DNA from: Azolla caroliniana
Lineage: Eukaryota > Plantae > Polypodiophyta
DNA length: 64,000 bases
Direction: 5' to 3'
Assembly (NCBI GenBank): GCA_043228905.1
Contig: JBHGNT010000001.1
Span: forward strand, 4,712,001 to 4,776,000
In this document: one piece after another, positions 1-12,875 of the stretch
How positions within the stretch are numbered: position 1 is the stretch's first letter
Layout of the letters: the number at the start of each line of letters is the position of its first letter
The notes under the pieces: model-generated
What the model was told of the DNA's origin: nothing
The model's database searches: none
Seen by the model: only the letters and a program-made list of their open reading frames with translations
Translations under genes and position numbers: made by a program

Positions 1-1349
1 TATTTTCATACTAACTAATGTGTGGGCGATGATTCTATGAAGCCTCTACATATAAAAATGGCATGCTAACAATGGTCCATGGCCAAATATAGGGACCATG
101 TAAAGTAAGTGTTGGATCACAAAAATATTCAATGAATGAAGTTAGCATCCACCCTTGCAAACTAGTTCCTAACATTGTGCGCCATGCTTGTAATCACATG
201 CCACCTTGGGCATTTTCAATCTCACTTACAAGGCAAAGATGCATTGATTCGTAGATTCATCTAGAATATCCCTAGAAGACTATCACAATGTATATGATGA
301 CTTAGATATAGATTGCTTCAAGTGTTTGTAGGAGGTTCCACCAAAGTACTTAAATGTTTTTAAAAGATGGAGTCATACCAAGGTACATTGGTTATGATGA
401 CTTTGATATACATATTCAACTAGTGGAATAGGCATATAATGTATAATAGTCTCAATACACGAATTATTGGTATCATCGTCACAAACTTGTGAGGACATGT
501 ATACACCCATTTCATGGGATGCATCGTACTCCCAAAAAACTTTCTTGCAAATCATTGGGATCTTAGTTTCTTTCTTAGACAACGAACTGTTTTCTGCTAA
601 TTGGTGTGAATTTAATGCAATGTAATATTCTTGACATTGAAATCTCTACTTACATTTAAAGACGAAGAATATTTGTGCATGTATTATTAGTAATCTTAAA
701 TTTGGTGTATATCACAAAAATATTCTTGATGTTGATATCTCGATCTAGGGGTTCATCAAGGTAGATAATATTTATTTTTGTGTAGAATTTGCAATGTAAA
801 TATCTGACCTTTACATATCAAGATGTATAAATGTTAAGACTTGTATGCTTTGACAACATGAACACTGGCATAGGCAAGAGAACAATACAATTGGAGGATG
901 GAGAGATAGATAGTGAGAGAGAGTTATAGCGCATATCATTTGGAAGTGCTTGTAAGATATTTGGAAGTACATGAACCATTGTTATTTGAGGCCTCAACAA
1001 TGGGTTTTTTCTTAATATGTTCAAAATGGTCTAAATGACGAGCTAGAGACATTGTTCCAATTTTTTATGATATTGGGGTTGCAACACAATTGAATATATG
1101 TGTAATGTTTCCATGTTTGATAGTAGACAAGGGGTGAAAGCATATATGAGGAAGTTGAATCACATTTTTTATGTGGAATTTCTAGATGTTAGAGCATGTG
1201 GGGATCATCTCCTCAAGTGCATAATATTCAAGGTTGCTAATGGTTTTACAAGATGTCCATCTCCCTACCTACGTAGAGAGAGGAGACTAATAAGTTGCAA
1301 CAAGTGGATGTTACATATAACCAATATAATTGAGTGCTTTTACGAGAGA

Positions 1350-1402
1350 GAGTAGCTCAGTTGGTAAGGTTGTGGTCATGGGTTCAACCCCTACATTCCA
1401 CG
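1350..1402 (+). mobile_element. tRNA-derived SINE-like head (degenerate)
   Basis: Pol III A-box-like TAGCTCAGTTGG (~1352) followed ~18 nt later by B-box-like GGTTCAACCCC (~1382). Too short for a cloverleaf, with no anticodon arm. Confidence 0.4.
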
Positions 1403-2774
1403 GTGGTATCTAGTGAATTAAGAGATATATAAGAAGTATATAATAACGAGGTAAGGAAGTTAGGTTTCAAACCCACAACACAATGCTTGTAGTGCTAACA
1501 ACTTACCAGTAGGGTAAGGTAATTACAATAAATAAATAAATGAGAGAGAGAGAGAGAGCGAGCGAGCTTAGCAAGTTGGGGTGAGAAAATATGTTGTAAA
1601 GTTAAAGAACTTCTTTTGTTGACATTGCCAGAGAAGTAACGAAATATAAACCATGAAGAGAGAGAACTTTGCAAGGACACATATAATCATACTCGAGATT
1701 TGAATAGGTGTAGAGGGTGGGATTAAGTTCGTAGTCGTAGTAGTATTTAGATCCGTAGAAGAGTTCTATATCTTGTTGTAAGTTAGTAGGCATGGTGGTG
1801 TTTTTTTTCTTTCATACGGAAGCCAAACAAGCTAGAAGGTAATGATCCTTGTATACTTACTACATGTAAATGATTGGGGGAATTCAATCGGTTATGAACA
1901 ACAAAAATATAGAAATTTTGGGCCAATCTTTAAAAAATTCCCAATATTTGGCTAATTTTTTGCATATAATGCATTTACTTCTATAAAATTATTTAAAACC
2001 TTAGTCATGGAGCACCTAAACAAGTCCAAACCCTTAAGTAATTGCCATTGTTTTTTGATCCACTTGTTCCTCAATATTATTATTCACCATGTACTCAGCC
2101 TTTAAATGTTTTGAATATTGGCCATTGCACAAAATGGTATAAAATGCATTGATTATCAATGAATAGTAATAACTTTTCATTATTCTAAAATTAAACATTA
2201 TGATGACACAACTCTCAAGGATTTAAGCCTTTGGTCCCAAACTCTACTTATACAATCCTATGTGATTTAACTTGGCTTGTTTTCACATTCTACAATGCTT
2301 TGGTATTTGGTTTGGTTTGTTTATATTTCTTATGCAATCTTATACAACATGTCTTGTCTCCATCATGTAAGACATGCAAATTTCTTCTAAATCAAAGCAA
2401 GCTCTATTTATTTCGCTCGCAACATAACTACCCTAGAAAGCCAAATGCATGTCAAAGTTGTTAGGTATTAATCACTAACCCACATTCTTGGGTTCAATCG
2501 TTTATACCATCACAGACGCCTTTTCACAAGCAACATACCACATTGTGTTCGAAATGCATGAAAATGAAGACCGCATATGTAAGTTCCACGTAACCAATGC
2601 GAACTATATGATGCAAATATGGTCGCCCCTAATATAAGTTGAGTCTTATCTCTTGACCAACAATGCGAGTAGCTCCAAGCAAAGAATATCACTTGTACTT
2701 TGGCCTTGACGCTCACAATCTCAAGTGTGCATGTGAGTGGGAGCATGTTTGGTTGGTGCTTTTTTTCGAGCTGC

Positions 2775-5127
2775 CTACTCTTCTTTGGCAAGTCTGGCCA
2801 AGAGAGCGGAGAAGAGCGCATCTCTCTGCTGAGCTCTGGCCTCCTCCCTCGCACGCCTCTGCTCCTCGCGCTCTCGCCACGACCGTTCGTTGCCGATGCG
2901 CTCCATCTCAAGCTTCACCATAGTGTCGCGCCATTCCTGCTCCGCGCGGTGCCGCTCCTCGTCCCGGCGATGCAAGGCCTCCATCCACTCCACCTCCAGC
3001 CTCTGTTGCTGGTGGAAGAATTCCTCGAGCACCTCTTGCATGTTGCTCGAAGGTCCGGAGCCGCCCGAATTGCCGGCCCTCGCATGGTGGGCGTGCTTAG
3101 GATGATGAGCATTGGTGGTGTTGGTGTTGGTGTTGGTATTGGTATTGGTATTGGTATTGATATTGGTATTGTCCCCACTTGTATAGGTCCTGTTATGGTG
3201 GCCTAGGCCAATGCCCATTGGCCTTACGCTGTCCCTAAGATTTGGTTTCACACGAGGCTTCTTGTTGGGGGGCCTCCTGACCAATGATTTGGTGTCCTCT
3301 TCACTGATCTCCTCCATGTCTTCTTCCTCCTCCTCCTCTGCCTCTTCTACCTCTTCCCCATCATTCTCATCCTCATCCACCTCCTCCTCAGGGATCTCCT
3401 CCTCCTGATTCGTATCATCACTGGAGAGCTGAGGGACATACTCTTCCGACTGATTATTATTGCTGGCCCCTCCTGCTGCTAATGGCCTCTTCATTCCCCC
3501 CCCTGATGATGACACCTTGCTGAAGGCCCTGTTACTGTTACTGTTAGCTTGGACCTTGTGATGATCACTGCTAATGCTGCCTCTCATTATGTGGGGATCT
3601 GAGGAGAAGACAGCATTTAACTCCTCAAAATAAGGGCAGGAAGCAGCAGCCGCATTCATGGTGTAGTCATTGGAGCCACTAGAGACAGCCTGCAACGTTT
3701 TAAATGGACAGGAAGGGCGTTAACATGGAAAGCTTTGCATGAATTAAGTGACTAACTGACTGTTGGAACTTGGACTAAATGACCTATACTTAATTAATGT
3801 TAATGGGTGTTTAGGTGTTAATTCACTACTATAGAGAAGCAGGAGGGTGAATGTGGTAAGTATTGTGGCTTAAAACCGATGTTCTAGTTTCTTTGGGTTT
3901 CCGTCTGATCTTCATTCCATCCCTTCCAGGAACAAAAAATTTATTTCCCTCATCGATGCCTCGAGCTCAGTTTTTTAACCTTATTTCTGAGAGGGGTTTT
4001 CGATTCTTCACCAAGTCACATGAGTTGGGTTAATTTAATGGGTCTTTTATGAGTCATTCACAGCGCATCGACAGAGGGTTTTTTATTTTTAGGCTCATTC
4101 CCAAGATGGGCTTTCTGATTTTCTTTTGCCCCAAAGTCATGGAGCTGTGCCTCTTCAGACTAGATTACTTTGGAGTAATTAATTAAAATGGGTCTTTTAA
4201 CACATTTAGAGGACTTAAGTGAATAAATTCACAGCAACAATTTGGTGGAATAGTTAACCAAAAAATGAAACCCAAGAATAAATAAATACAATTTAATGGA
4301 GTGATTAGCGCTCATCCATGGAGAATTTAGAGGGGACATAAAATGAATCAATTTGGTGGAATAGTTAAACCCAAAAAAATGAAACCCAGAAAACTAAATA
4401 AAAATTAATGTCCTGATTAGCGGTCATTCATGGAGAGTTTAGAGGACTTCAAATGAATCAATTCACAGCAACAATTTGGTGGAATAGTTTTAAAAATAAA
4501 ATAAAAATGAAACCCAAATAAAATGAAATTCACCTTGCTATAACGGTTGCACAAATTCTTCCACTTGAGCTTGCATTGCTCTGCACTCTTGGTGTGCCCT
4601 TTCTCTTCCTTCATGCGGGACGAGACGACATCCCAGAGTGGCTTGTTGCGCTTGGTGTGCGAGAAGTCGGGCTCGAGGGCGGCACGGATCGTGATGAGAT
4701 CCTTGATCTCTTGTGGGGTCCACTGTGCCTGGGCGGCCGCCGCCACATTCGCCTGCCCCCCAGCCGATGGCCGTGAATCCACCTCCAATTTAAGCATGTG
4801 CATTCCGGCCGAAGGCCCCATAAATTCTGACCTAGCAGTGCCAGATCCCAATGCCTGTGATGATGCTGCTGCTGCCCCCGAAGGGCCCGATGCAAGTAAG
4901 CTCGACATTGCCGAGCCCGCCAATATAGATGACATGAATGCGGGCGAGCCTCCCATCGGCCTCAGGCCGACCGAAGCTCCTCCTCCTCCCCCAGGATTGG
5001 AAGAATTGTCGGCCCCACCTCTGCTTAGGGCATTGTGGGTTTCTGTGTGCTGCTGCAAATGATGAGGAGGGTGATGATGGAGATGAGCTCCTCCCCTTGT
5101 AAAGGAGGAGTAATTGTTGGTCTCCAT
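2775..5127 (-). CDS. Trihelix transcription factor, GT-3/GT-1 clade-like; 2 exons (5127-4534, 3689-2775), ~502 aa
   Basis: Trihelix motif WTPQEIKDLITIR...KRNKPLWDVVSSRM...QCKLKWKNLCNRY continues across a phase-0 GT-AG intron into CPYFEELNAVF. An acidic tract and C-terminal coiled coil (EEFFHQQQRLEVEW...WREREEQRRAREEARAQQRD) follow, typical of GT-3a/b. Confidence 0.92.
4204..4520. repeat. ~115-bp degenerate tandem repeat (~2.7 copies) at the 5' end of the trihelix intron
   Basis: Recurring TTTAGAGG...CAATTTGGTGGAATAGTT...AAATGAAACCCA blocks starting ~4205, ~4327, ~4438. Confidence 0.8.
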
Positions 5128-5411
5128 AGACCAAATGAATGAAATTGAGGAGGAAGAAATCTAGAGAAAGAAACTTGGAGGAAGAAGGAAGAAGAATGAT
5201 AAATGATGATGATGATGATGATGAATGAAGTGGAATAGACCAAGAGCGAGTGTGGTGTGTGGTAGATGTACATATCTTTTGATGAATGGGGGTTGTATGT
5301 ATGTATGTATGTATGTATGGAAAAAGTGGGCAAGTGGGCAAGTGTGAATACATCTTTTGGTTGGGCAATAATGGCGAACAAAAGTCAAAAGACACTCTGC
5401 AAACTTTGCTT

Positions 5412-5443
<32 letters not shown>

Positions 5444-6828
5444 GGGTGGGAGGGCAAGATGTGAGGGGCCAAGAATCTAGGTGTGTTGTAACGTGGACTC
5501 CTCTCAACTCGCTATTGAGAGAGGATTGGTCGGTTCAGAGACCATGGGCAACTTTGAGAGTGCATAAGCGTGATGTTTGTTCCCGACCATTCGACCCACT
5601 AGTGTGAACATTCCTTATCAACCAACTCGAAGATCAAAACTTTAAGGTCGGAGGGGTTTGTGAGGGGGCTCAGTCTCCAAGCAAGTCGTGTGAGAAAAAC
5701 ATGGAGTCCTCTCTCTATGAAATATGGGTTTGCTTTGTTGAGAAATTGGAGGCAAACTCTTGCAATCTCTAACTAAGTGTAATGCTCCCAACCATTGCAG
5801 AGTCCACTCGTGTGAAGGTTCCTTATCAACTGCCTCAAAGGTCAAAAGCTAAAGTGCACACATGTGAGGGACTAAGAAGAAGAATACGTGGAAGTCGAAT
5901 AGAGTCACTTTGAAGTTTCTTTGTTTTTGAATCTTTTGATGCTTGGTTTATGATGAAGGTGCATAATTTGAATGCATACTAGAGTGTGAATTTGTCACAT
6001 AAAGATCCCCCAAAGTCAAAAGTTAGCGTGCAAACGTGTAAAAACCTCCTTCTCATGGTGATGCACGAATATGTTTGACAAATTCAGAGCCTTTCCCCAC
6101 AAAGCAAATACACGTTCTTCTTCTACAAAGGGGTTATCTAGAGAATTGCTCATCGATATGAGAGTGCACCAAAGTTAACCCTTATCACCACAATTCTTTG
6201 ATGTCTCACAATACACTTTCTCGCATGTGCAAAGATGATGTGTAAAACTTGACAATCTAACAAAAAATGGTTTTATGATGTATATACGTAAGAGTAGGCA
6301 TTTGGTTGATGTAACCAAACAAAAGTTTTAGAACCACAAATTATGTGTTATGTATGGTACTGAGGATATTTCATAGGACTTCAAAAAATGGTGAAAAGCA
6401 ATATAAGAGATCTTCATAGTATCAAGATCAAAATGCTAAAATAAACGAGAAAGGAAATATATGCATGGATATGCGACATGTTTAATTGTGCAATGCAACA
6501 TGGCATGCATTACACTTGGAAGAAAAATCAGATCAAACTTTTACATAAGCAGGGTGACATAAATCACATAAACAACTATAGGACAAATACCATCAATTTT
6601 CGTATCTAAAGTTATTTGGGTTGTATATTTCACAGAACTTGAGTCAAGGGCATGGACCGAAAAGAATGGCATGAGAGCTAATAAATGTTGTTTTCTAACA
6701 TTATAGCCCCTTCGATCACTTTGTCATTCTTCAACTGTTGTTGGAGGCAAATCATTTTTTTTATTTTTTTCATGAAAAAATATCCTCCATTGGTATTAAA
6801 ATTAAAGTGGCCAGAGGTAATATACAAA

Positions 6829-7095
6829 ATAGTCCAATATTACATACAACCGTAGCCAATCTTTCTAGGTAAAGATAAGTAAGAAAAAAAACTAGCCAAA
6901 CTTTATAGGCAAAGAAAGTACAATGAAGCCATATCATTCTCCAAATCGGCAAGATGAATAGTCCAATATTACATACAACCGTAGCCAATCTTTCTAGGTA
7001 AAGATAAGTAAGAAAAAAAACTAGCCAAACTTTATAGGCAAAGAAAGTACAATGAAGCCATATCATTCTCCAAATCGGCAAGATGAATAGTCCAA
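6829..7095. repeat. 129-bp tandem duplication (2 copies + 9 bp)
   Basis: ATAGTCCAATATTACATACAACCG...AAGATGA at 6829 and 6958; a third ATAGTCCAA at 7087. ORF 6770..7141 shows the same 43-aa repeat. Confidence 0.92.
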
Positions 7096-7363
7096 CCTCT
7101 AGAAAAAAGGTCGCAAAGGAGACCCTATATACGTGAAGCATTGAACCATATCAAGGTCATTTTCGTATTTTTTCCTTCTTCGACATCATATATGTTAGGT
7201 AACAACACATACGCAATTTCTTTTTGTGGCTCCAACTTGATGATAAATTCAATTGCTTATTTTGCCACATCAACATTCTCAGTCAGCAAGCACTTAAAAT
7301 AACCATCCATGATGATAAAGAAGGCTCATGATAGAGGCAAATCATTAGGTAGAAAAATGATTG

Positions 7364-7790
7364 TTATTATTTTTTTCAAAAATGAAGCTACTTTCCCATT
7401 AGTTAGGAATGATTATTACAAAGAGACTGTACAAGGAGGCTTAAACATAGATCGGGGAATCTCCCTCCGATCAAGTTCAAGAAAATGAGACTAGTTACAT
7501 CGCCTTTCGGACTGACTACTTAATGTAAGTACCTACAGCTAAAACGGTGCCCTTCAGTGATGGCTAGTACGATGACAACTCTTGGGGTCGACAACTAAGG
7601 GAGGGTGGTAAGTGAACAGGAAACAACCAACGTGGGGACTGGTAGTTCCTCCTTGTGTCACCATAGGCATGTTCTGCCATTTCTGCCAAAAGCGCAAACG
7701 GGCAGTGCCCACGTCAGTGGAATGGCTGCAAACCTCGTCCAATTTCCCTCGTAGGCAGCTAATAAGCGCAAACCATATGTCCATGATCAC
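7364..7790 (-). mobile_element. 5'-truncated LINE (L1-like) 3' end remnant
   Basis: T-rich tract at the left end (A tail on the - strand). Translated DIWFALISCLRGKLD...RFWQKW resembles the C-terminal segment seen in the 10-11 kb and 14 kb remnants. Confidence 0.4.
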
Positions 7791-9807
7791 TTTTTATTAC
7801 TACAAAGACTTTTTATATAGTGTCTTAAGAGCTTATTTGCATATCCAATGAAGAAAGCATGGTGTCATTGAATATATTATTGCAATTTCCCAAGAATACT
7901 AGAAAGTAATATGTCATGTGCTTATGGGTTATGGGACTTCAACTTGTTTCACTTAGCACTATTAACGTTAGGCAATGATGTAGACTCTCACAAACTCTCT
8001 ACGGTTTACATATTGACAAAATGTTCCACATATATATTAAACGATGGTCAAAAGCTTATGAACATATTGGAAAACTTTTGTATGGATAGCAGATGAGTGT
8101 TAATAGCTCCACAACAAAATTTATGCTCATGAAGACTCAAAGCAAGGATAAACCATACATTGTATACAATAATGACCCTTCACTTAGAAGAAAGAAAGAC
8201 ACATTATTATGTATTTGAGAACATATGCAATGGTGAAGAAATAAAATATTGGGTCTCAAGAAATATCTCTTCAATACATACACTAGTGTTTCTCTAAGGT
8301 GTCAAAGTACATGTAGGGGCAATAATATCTCTAGGTTCACTTGAGAAGTGTTGTATACAACAATGACCCTACATAAGCATTAGAGAATACATGCAATGGG
8401 GGAGAATGAAATGTTGAGTTCATAAGAAATATACCTTCAATACTTTGGTAAGATTAGTGTTTCTTGTTTCTCTACGATTTTGAAGTATAGGGGTAGTATT
8501 TTTGGGAAAAAAAAAAGAAAAAAGAAGAAGTATAGGGGTAGTAAAATCTCTAGTCAAGTCCCAATTTCTTGAGATTGAATCACCAATGGAAATCATGGCC
8601 ATGGAAAGAGTTACGAAGTACATGCTTGATGTTAAGAGAATTCCCTTTAAACAACCAAACTTTGAAGACACATAAAACTAAATATTTTGTTTTGAATTAA
8701 TGCAACATATGAAGAAATTGGTTGGAAAATGGGATGCATTACATTTGCTTTGTGATTCACATTAGTAGATCCTTAAGGAATGAAGTTTTTTTGCACCGGT
8801 AATATGTATATATTTGCTCAGGTTTCATTCTATTATATATATATTGCACCAAACTACAAAACCATACTCTTCTTTAAATCGGGAAACCACACTCACCAAT
8901 ACATTCATGACTACAACATTATTGAGTAAAATTCTTGAAATCAAGATTCTTTATTACTCAATTCCACAAGTACCATGTGGAAATGCTTCATGTTTGGTTC
9001 CGTAGGTCATATTTGAGCTTAGAGGACGACAATAAAATCTATCTGGCTCAACTGAGAGTCATGTAATTTAAAAGAAAAACAATATGGTAAAATAGCATAA
9101 TATAGCCTTAATTCAAGTAAGCTATCGAATAATATGAAACTTGTAAAAAAATTGTGGCTCGTTTATAATTGTGAAGGAACAGTAAATGAAGAGTGTCCAA
9201 ACAATTATAGTTATGGAAGGTCAATAAAAGAGAATTCTATCACAAATGACGTAGATACTAAACATAATTTGTACAAAATTGACACCATGCATATTTACAA
9301 GTTCATTGTCATTATTTCACTATAAACATCTTAAGGCTTGTCTACCACTCATTGTGGCAATAATACAACTTCCATCATTCTAGACATATCAACCACATCA
9401 AAAATATTCGGTGCTTTATGGCACATAATATTTGAAAATAATCTCATTATAATATGCATGAATATAAATAACATGCTGGATTTATTGTTTTATCTACATT
9501 GAATTGTAGTGTGGTTATTGATCTCGCTATCATTTTTTGAGCTATTAAACCATAGTATTATGAGGTTTCTCAAAAACACTCAACAAACTAACTAAAATGT
9601 ATTGTTGTAAGAAGGGAGCAAGGCTTTATCATTGGCATGCGTTATTGCAACACTTTCCCAACCATCACATCTTTTTTGTAAGATTTCAATGCATATTTGG
9701 ACTATCATCTCACCAGGCATTTCAATTCCTCTAAAGCAATATGTACCCTTTGTTATTCAATGAGTTGCATTTGGGAGAGTTTACACTAAAATAGGTTGAG
9801 AGTTATT

Positions 9808-11400
9808 TGTTTTTTTATTTTTATTTTAAAGAAAGATGCACCTTAGTATATTACTTGAGAACTGTACATAGAGAAAACAAAAGGAGACATTTCATCTCAC
9901 ATCTATTGTGATACAAAGGCTAGTATAAGCATCTAGCCAAACATGATGTCATATATGCAATCTTTTGATTTTCACCACTTTTGTATTGGAGATATTAACA
10001 TGCCCTATAATGATGGGTTACCTACAAATACACAAACAATAACTATGAGCTATGCAACAGAAAAGAAGGTATGGTATAATTCCACCTCAGACCAGAAGTT
10101 GTATCCGAAAATAAGTGAAGCCCTTGCCATCGTTTCTTAAAGGCCACTTGACATCGCCATAGAACATCAGTCGAACCCTATAGATCATCATATTGACAAT
10201 GTATTGTGGGACAAATAACATCCATAATTCAATAAGCATGGTGCGGCGATTTACGTGAGCATTGTTAAAAGCAACATCACATCTTGCGTTCCATATTATC
10301 CAAAGAGCCAATGACGTAATAGTACGCTAAATAACCATATTTTCAATTCTAGACCGTCGAATAGAAGATGGAAATGAGGTGAGATAGAGGCGTCCATGGG
10401 AAAAGTGAACGAAGCATGCGTGCTTTCATACCTCATCACATCTTTAGAAAGGACACCCCATAATACTGCACCCCAAGAGAAAATACAACAAGAAAAATGT
10501 TGTCTCAACAAGAAAAACAACTTACTCCAAAATTACTTGATCCTGGGACATAACTAAAACACATGCAAAATAGATTCCATAAGTGCACCACAATGCATTC
10601 CACAAGCATATTGCTAATTTTGCCTCAACCAATCACCAATAGGAAGGGCATAATGAAAACAAATAACTTTTTCCGGCAATTGCATACTCCACAACCATTT
10701 CCATAAATTTGGCAAGTTGCAATGCATGCACATTATTCACAATCCAATGCTTCATTGCAGCAAGGCATTTATACTTTGATTGCAACAACAAATTTCTACC
10801 TAGCTTAACCAAATATTGGAAAAACTCCAAAGGTTTACCATTTCCACCAACACTTGGCTTTTTCCATTGGTAACCAGTCGGATCCCAATCCAAAATTGTG
10901 AAGAGGCTTTTTTTGGAAAACCCATAATGAGCAAAACAACAAGCATTCTTGAAAGGGTGGATCCAAAAACCATTTTTCCCGGATCGTGCAACTACTCGAA
11001 TAGCCGAAACATTGGCGGACATCCACACATCCGATGCAGACAATACATGCCACAAACTACCATTATTATCCACATTTAAATATATAGCATCACCCGTAAT
11101 GTTAGCTACTTTAGCTCCTAAATTAACTTTTAAAGGAGAGAAATAACTAAACCAAATCTGATTACTAGAGGGGAACCATGAAGCCATAAATGATCTCAAT
11201 GCCACTTGCATATCATTGCACATAATAGCACGTCCTCGAATTGAATGCATCGACAAAGATTGTAACGGGTGATTCATAACATAGCATCCCCATGATAGAA
11301 CATTACCTGTAACTAATGCATCCAAAGAAAACCAATTCAGCCTAGGATGGCTACCAAGCAAAAATAAGATGCTTTTATTTTATTGCCCTCCACCAACAAT
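9808..11400 (-). mobile_element. Degenerate LINE (L1-like) ORF2 C-terminal region
   Basis: Frameshifted ORFs 10633..11361, 10296..10520 and 10087..10311 carry SWGAVLWG and LWIIWNARCDVAFN (the W.IW..RN...F motif at the end of plant L1 ORF2). T-rich tail at ~9808-9827. Confidence 0.65.
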
Positions 11401-11767
11401 AAGACATTATTCTATTAAAGACATCTACCAACAATCACAAGTTTTGCATATGGCGATTAAAGACCTTGTTTCCCCTATTTGTATCTTATGCTTGAGTCAT
11501 AACATCTAGTTACCCTTTATTTATTTCACTCTCTCGCTTTCAACAATTGTGTGCCAAAAATTATATTTGAAAAAAAGAAATGAAAACATTCCCTAAAAAC
11601 AAATTGTTTTGTTCCCAATAAACCAATTTCTTACTCCATTTTTTCTTTGTATGTTTGAGGGGAGATTTAAGCAATCTCTTTTCTTATTCCTTTCCCCTTC
11701 CCTATTACCTTGAAAGGTTAAGATCTCCTTAAATATTTACTCTTTCCGTAATTCTACTACACTCAAC

Positions 11768-12875
11768 CAAGGGTGTTAGGTACGTTAGATACGGTATGGA
11801 TACCATACGTATATAACATATTAATACTCGTATAGTACCTCCCAATTTAAAAATACGTTAAATACGTTTTTTAATATGTTAAATACTTATAAAATGTGTA
11901 CTATACGTAAAATACGTATTTTACGTATAGTACGTTAAATACTTCTAGAATTTGAAAATTATTTACCTTTTAAAAAAATATCTGTAATATTATAAAAAAC
12001 ATCTATGTTTACACAATTTTGTGATGCACAATATAGTTCTACATCCTAAAATGCATATAAGACATTCAAACATTTCACATCCTAAAATACTTGAAATCAT
12101 AGTATGAACCATACGTGCATTCACATTCGTGAATGTTTCAATCATTTGAGTATGGTAAACACCCTCAAAGAATGATAAATATCATACTTTTGGATTTACT
12201 ATTTATTATGAGGTAAATAAGCCTAAAAAAAGGAAGAAAAACTAAAAAAATATTTAAAAAATGGGAAAAAAACAAAAAAAACCACAAGAATGTTTGAATA
12301 ACATTTGCATTCGTTTTCCAATGTAGGAAAACAAATGTTATGCTAGATGAACACAAAATTTACGTACTATGCTTGTAATAATATGGATATTGACATTCAC
12401 TTATTCTATAAATTAGTGTAAGTGTGTATCACGATGTTTTACTTTAAATTGTAATTATGTACGATTATGCCTTCATAGATTGAGGAATCATCTACGATTA
12501 TCACATTCAGGATAGGTTTCTCTCTTCTTCTTCAAATATCTTCTCCGATGATCACACTCTGAGTTAGGACAGGTTTCTGTTTTCTTTTCTCTCTTTTTCT
12601 TCTTTGTTCTCGTCTCATATGTTCTTCTTTCTTCCTTCTTTTGGCTTCTTTTTCACTAAAATCTTTTCTTTTTCTTTTTCTTTTTCTTTGGGTTTTACTT
12701 ACATTTTTTTTATAAATACGTATTATACCTATTTTTTTCAAATGCATGTTAAATACCATATTGGACAAATGTACATGATATTTGATTGAACAACATTGAG
12801 GTATAGTATGTACTACACAAATCATGAGGTATTATACATATTTTAACGTTAAATACGGGTATGTAAACAACCATG
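11768..12875. mobile_element. Non-autonomous hAT-like DNA transposon (TIR family CATGGTTGTT)
   Basis: Exact 8-bp direct repeat CACTCAAC at 11760-11767 and 12876-12883. Termini CAAGGGTGTT...AACAACCATG match 8/10 as inverted repeats. Subterminal TACGT/AATAC motifs; no coding capacity. Confidence 0.75.

Noticed and set aside
2510-3408. Several overlapping ORFs (e.g. 2700..3206 +, 2510..2911 -)
   Set aside because: Shadow frames of the GC-rich trihelix exon 2.
6770-7141. 123-aa ORF with an internal 43-aa repeat
   Set aside because: By-product of the 129-bp DNA duplication; no recognisable domain or ATG context.
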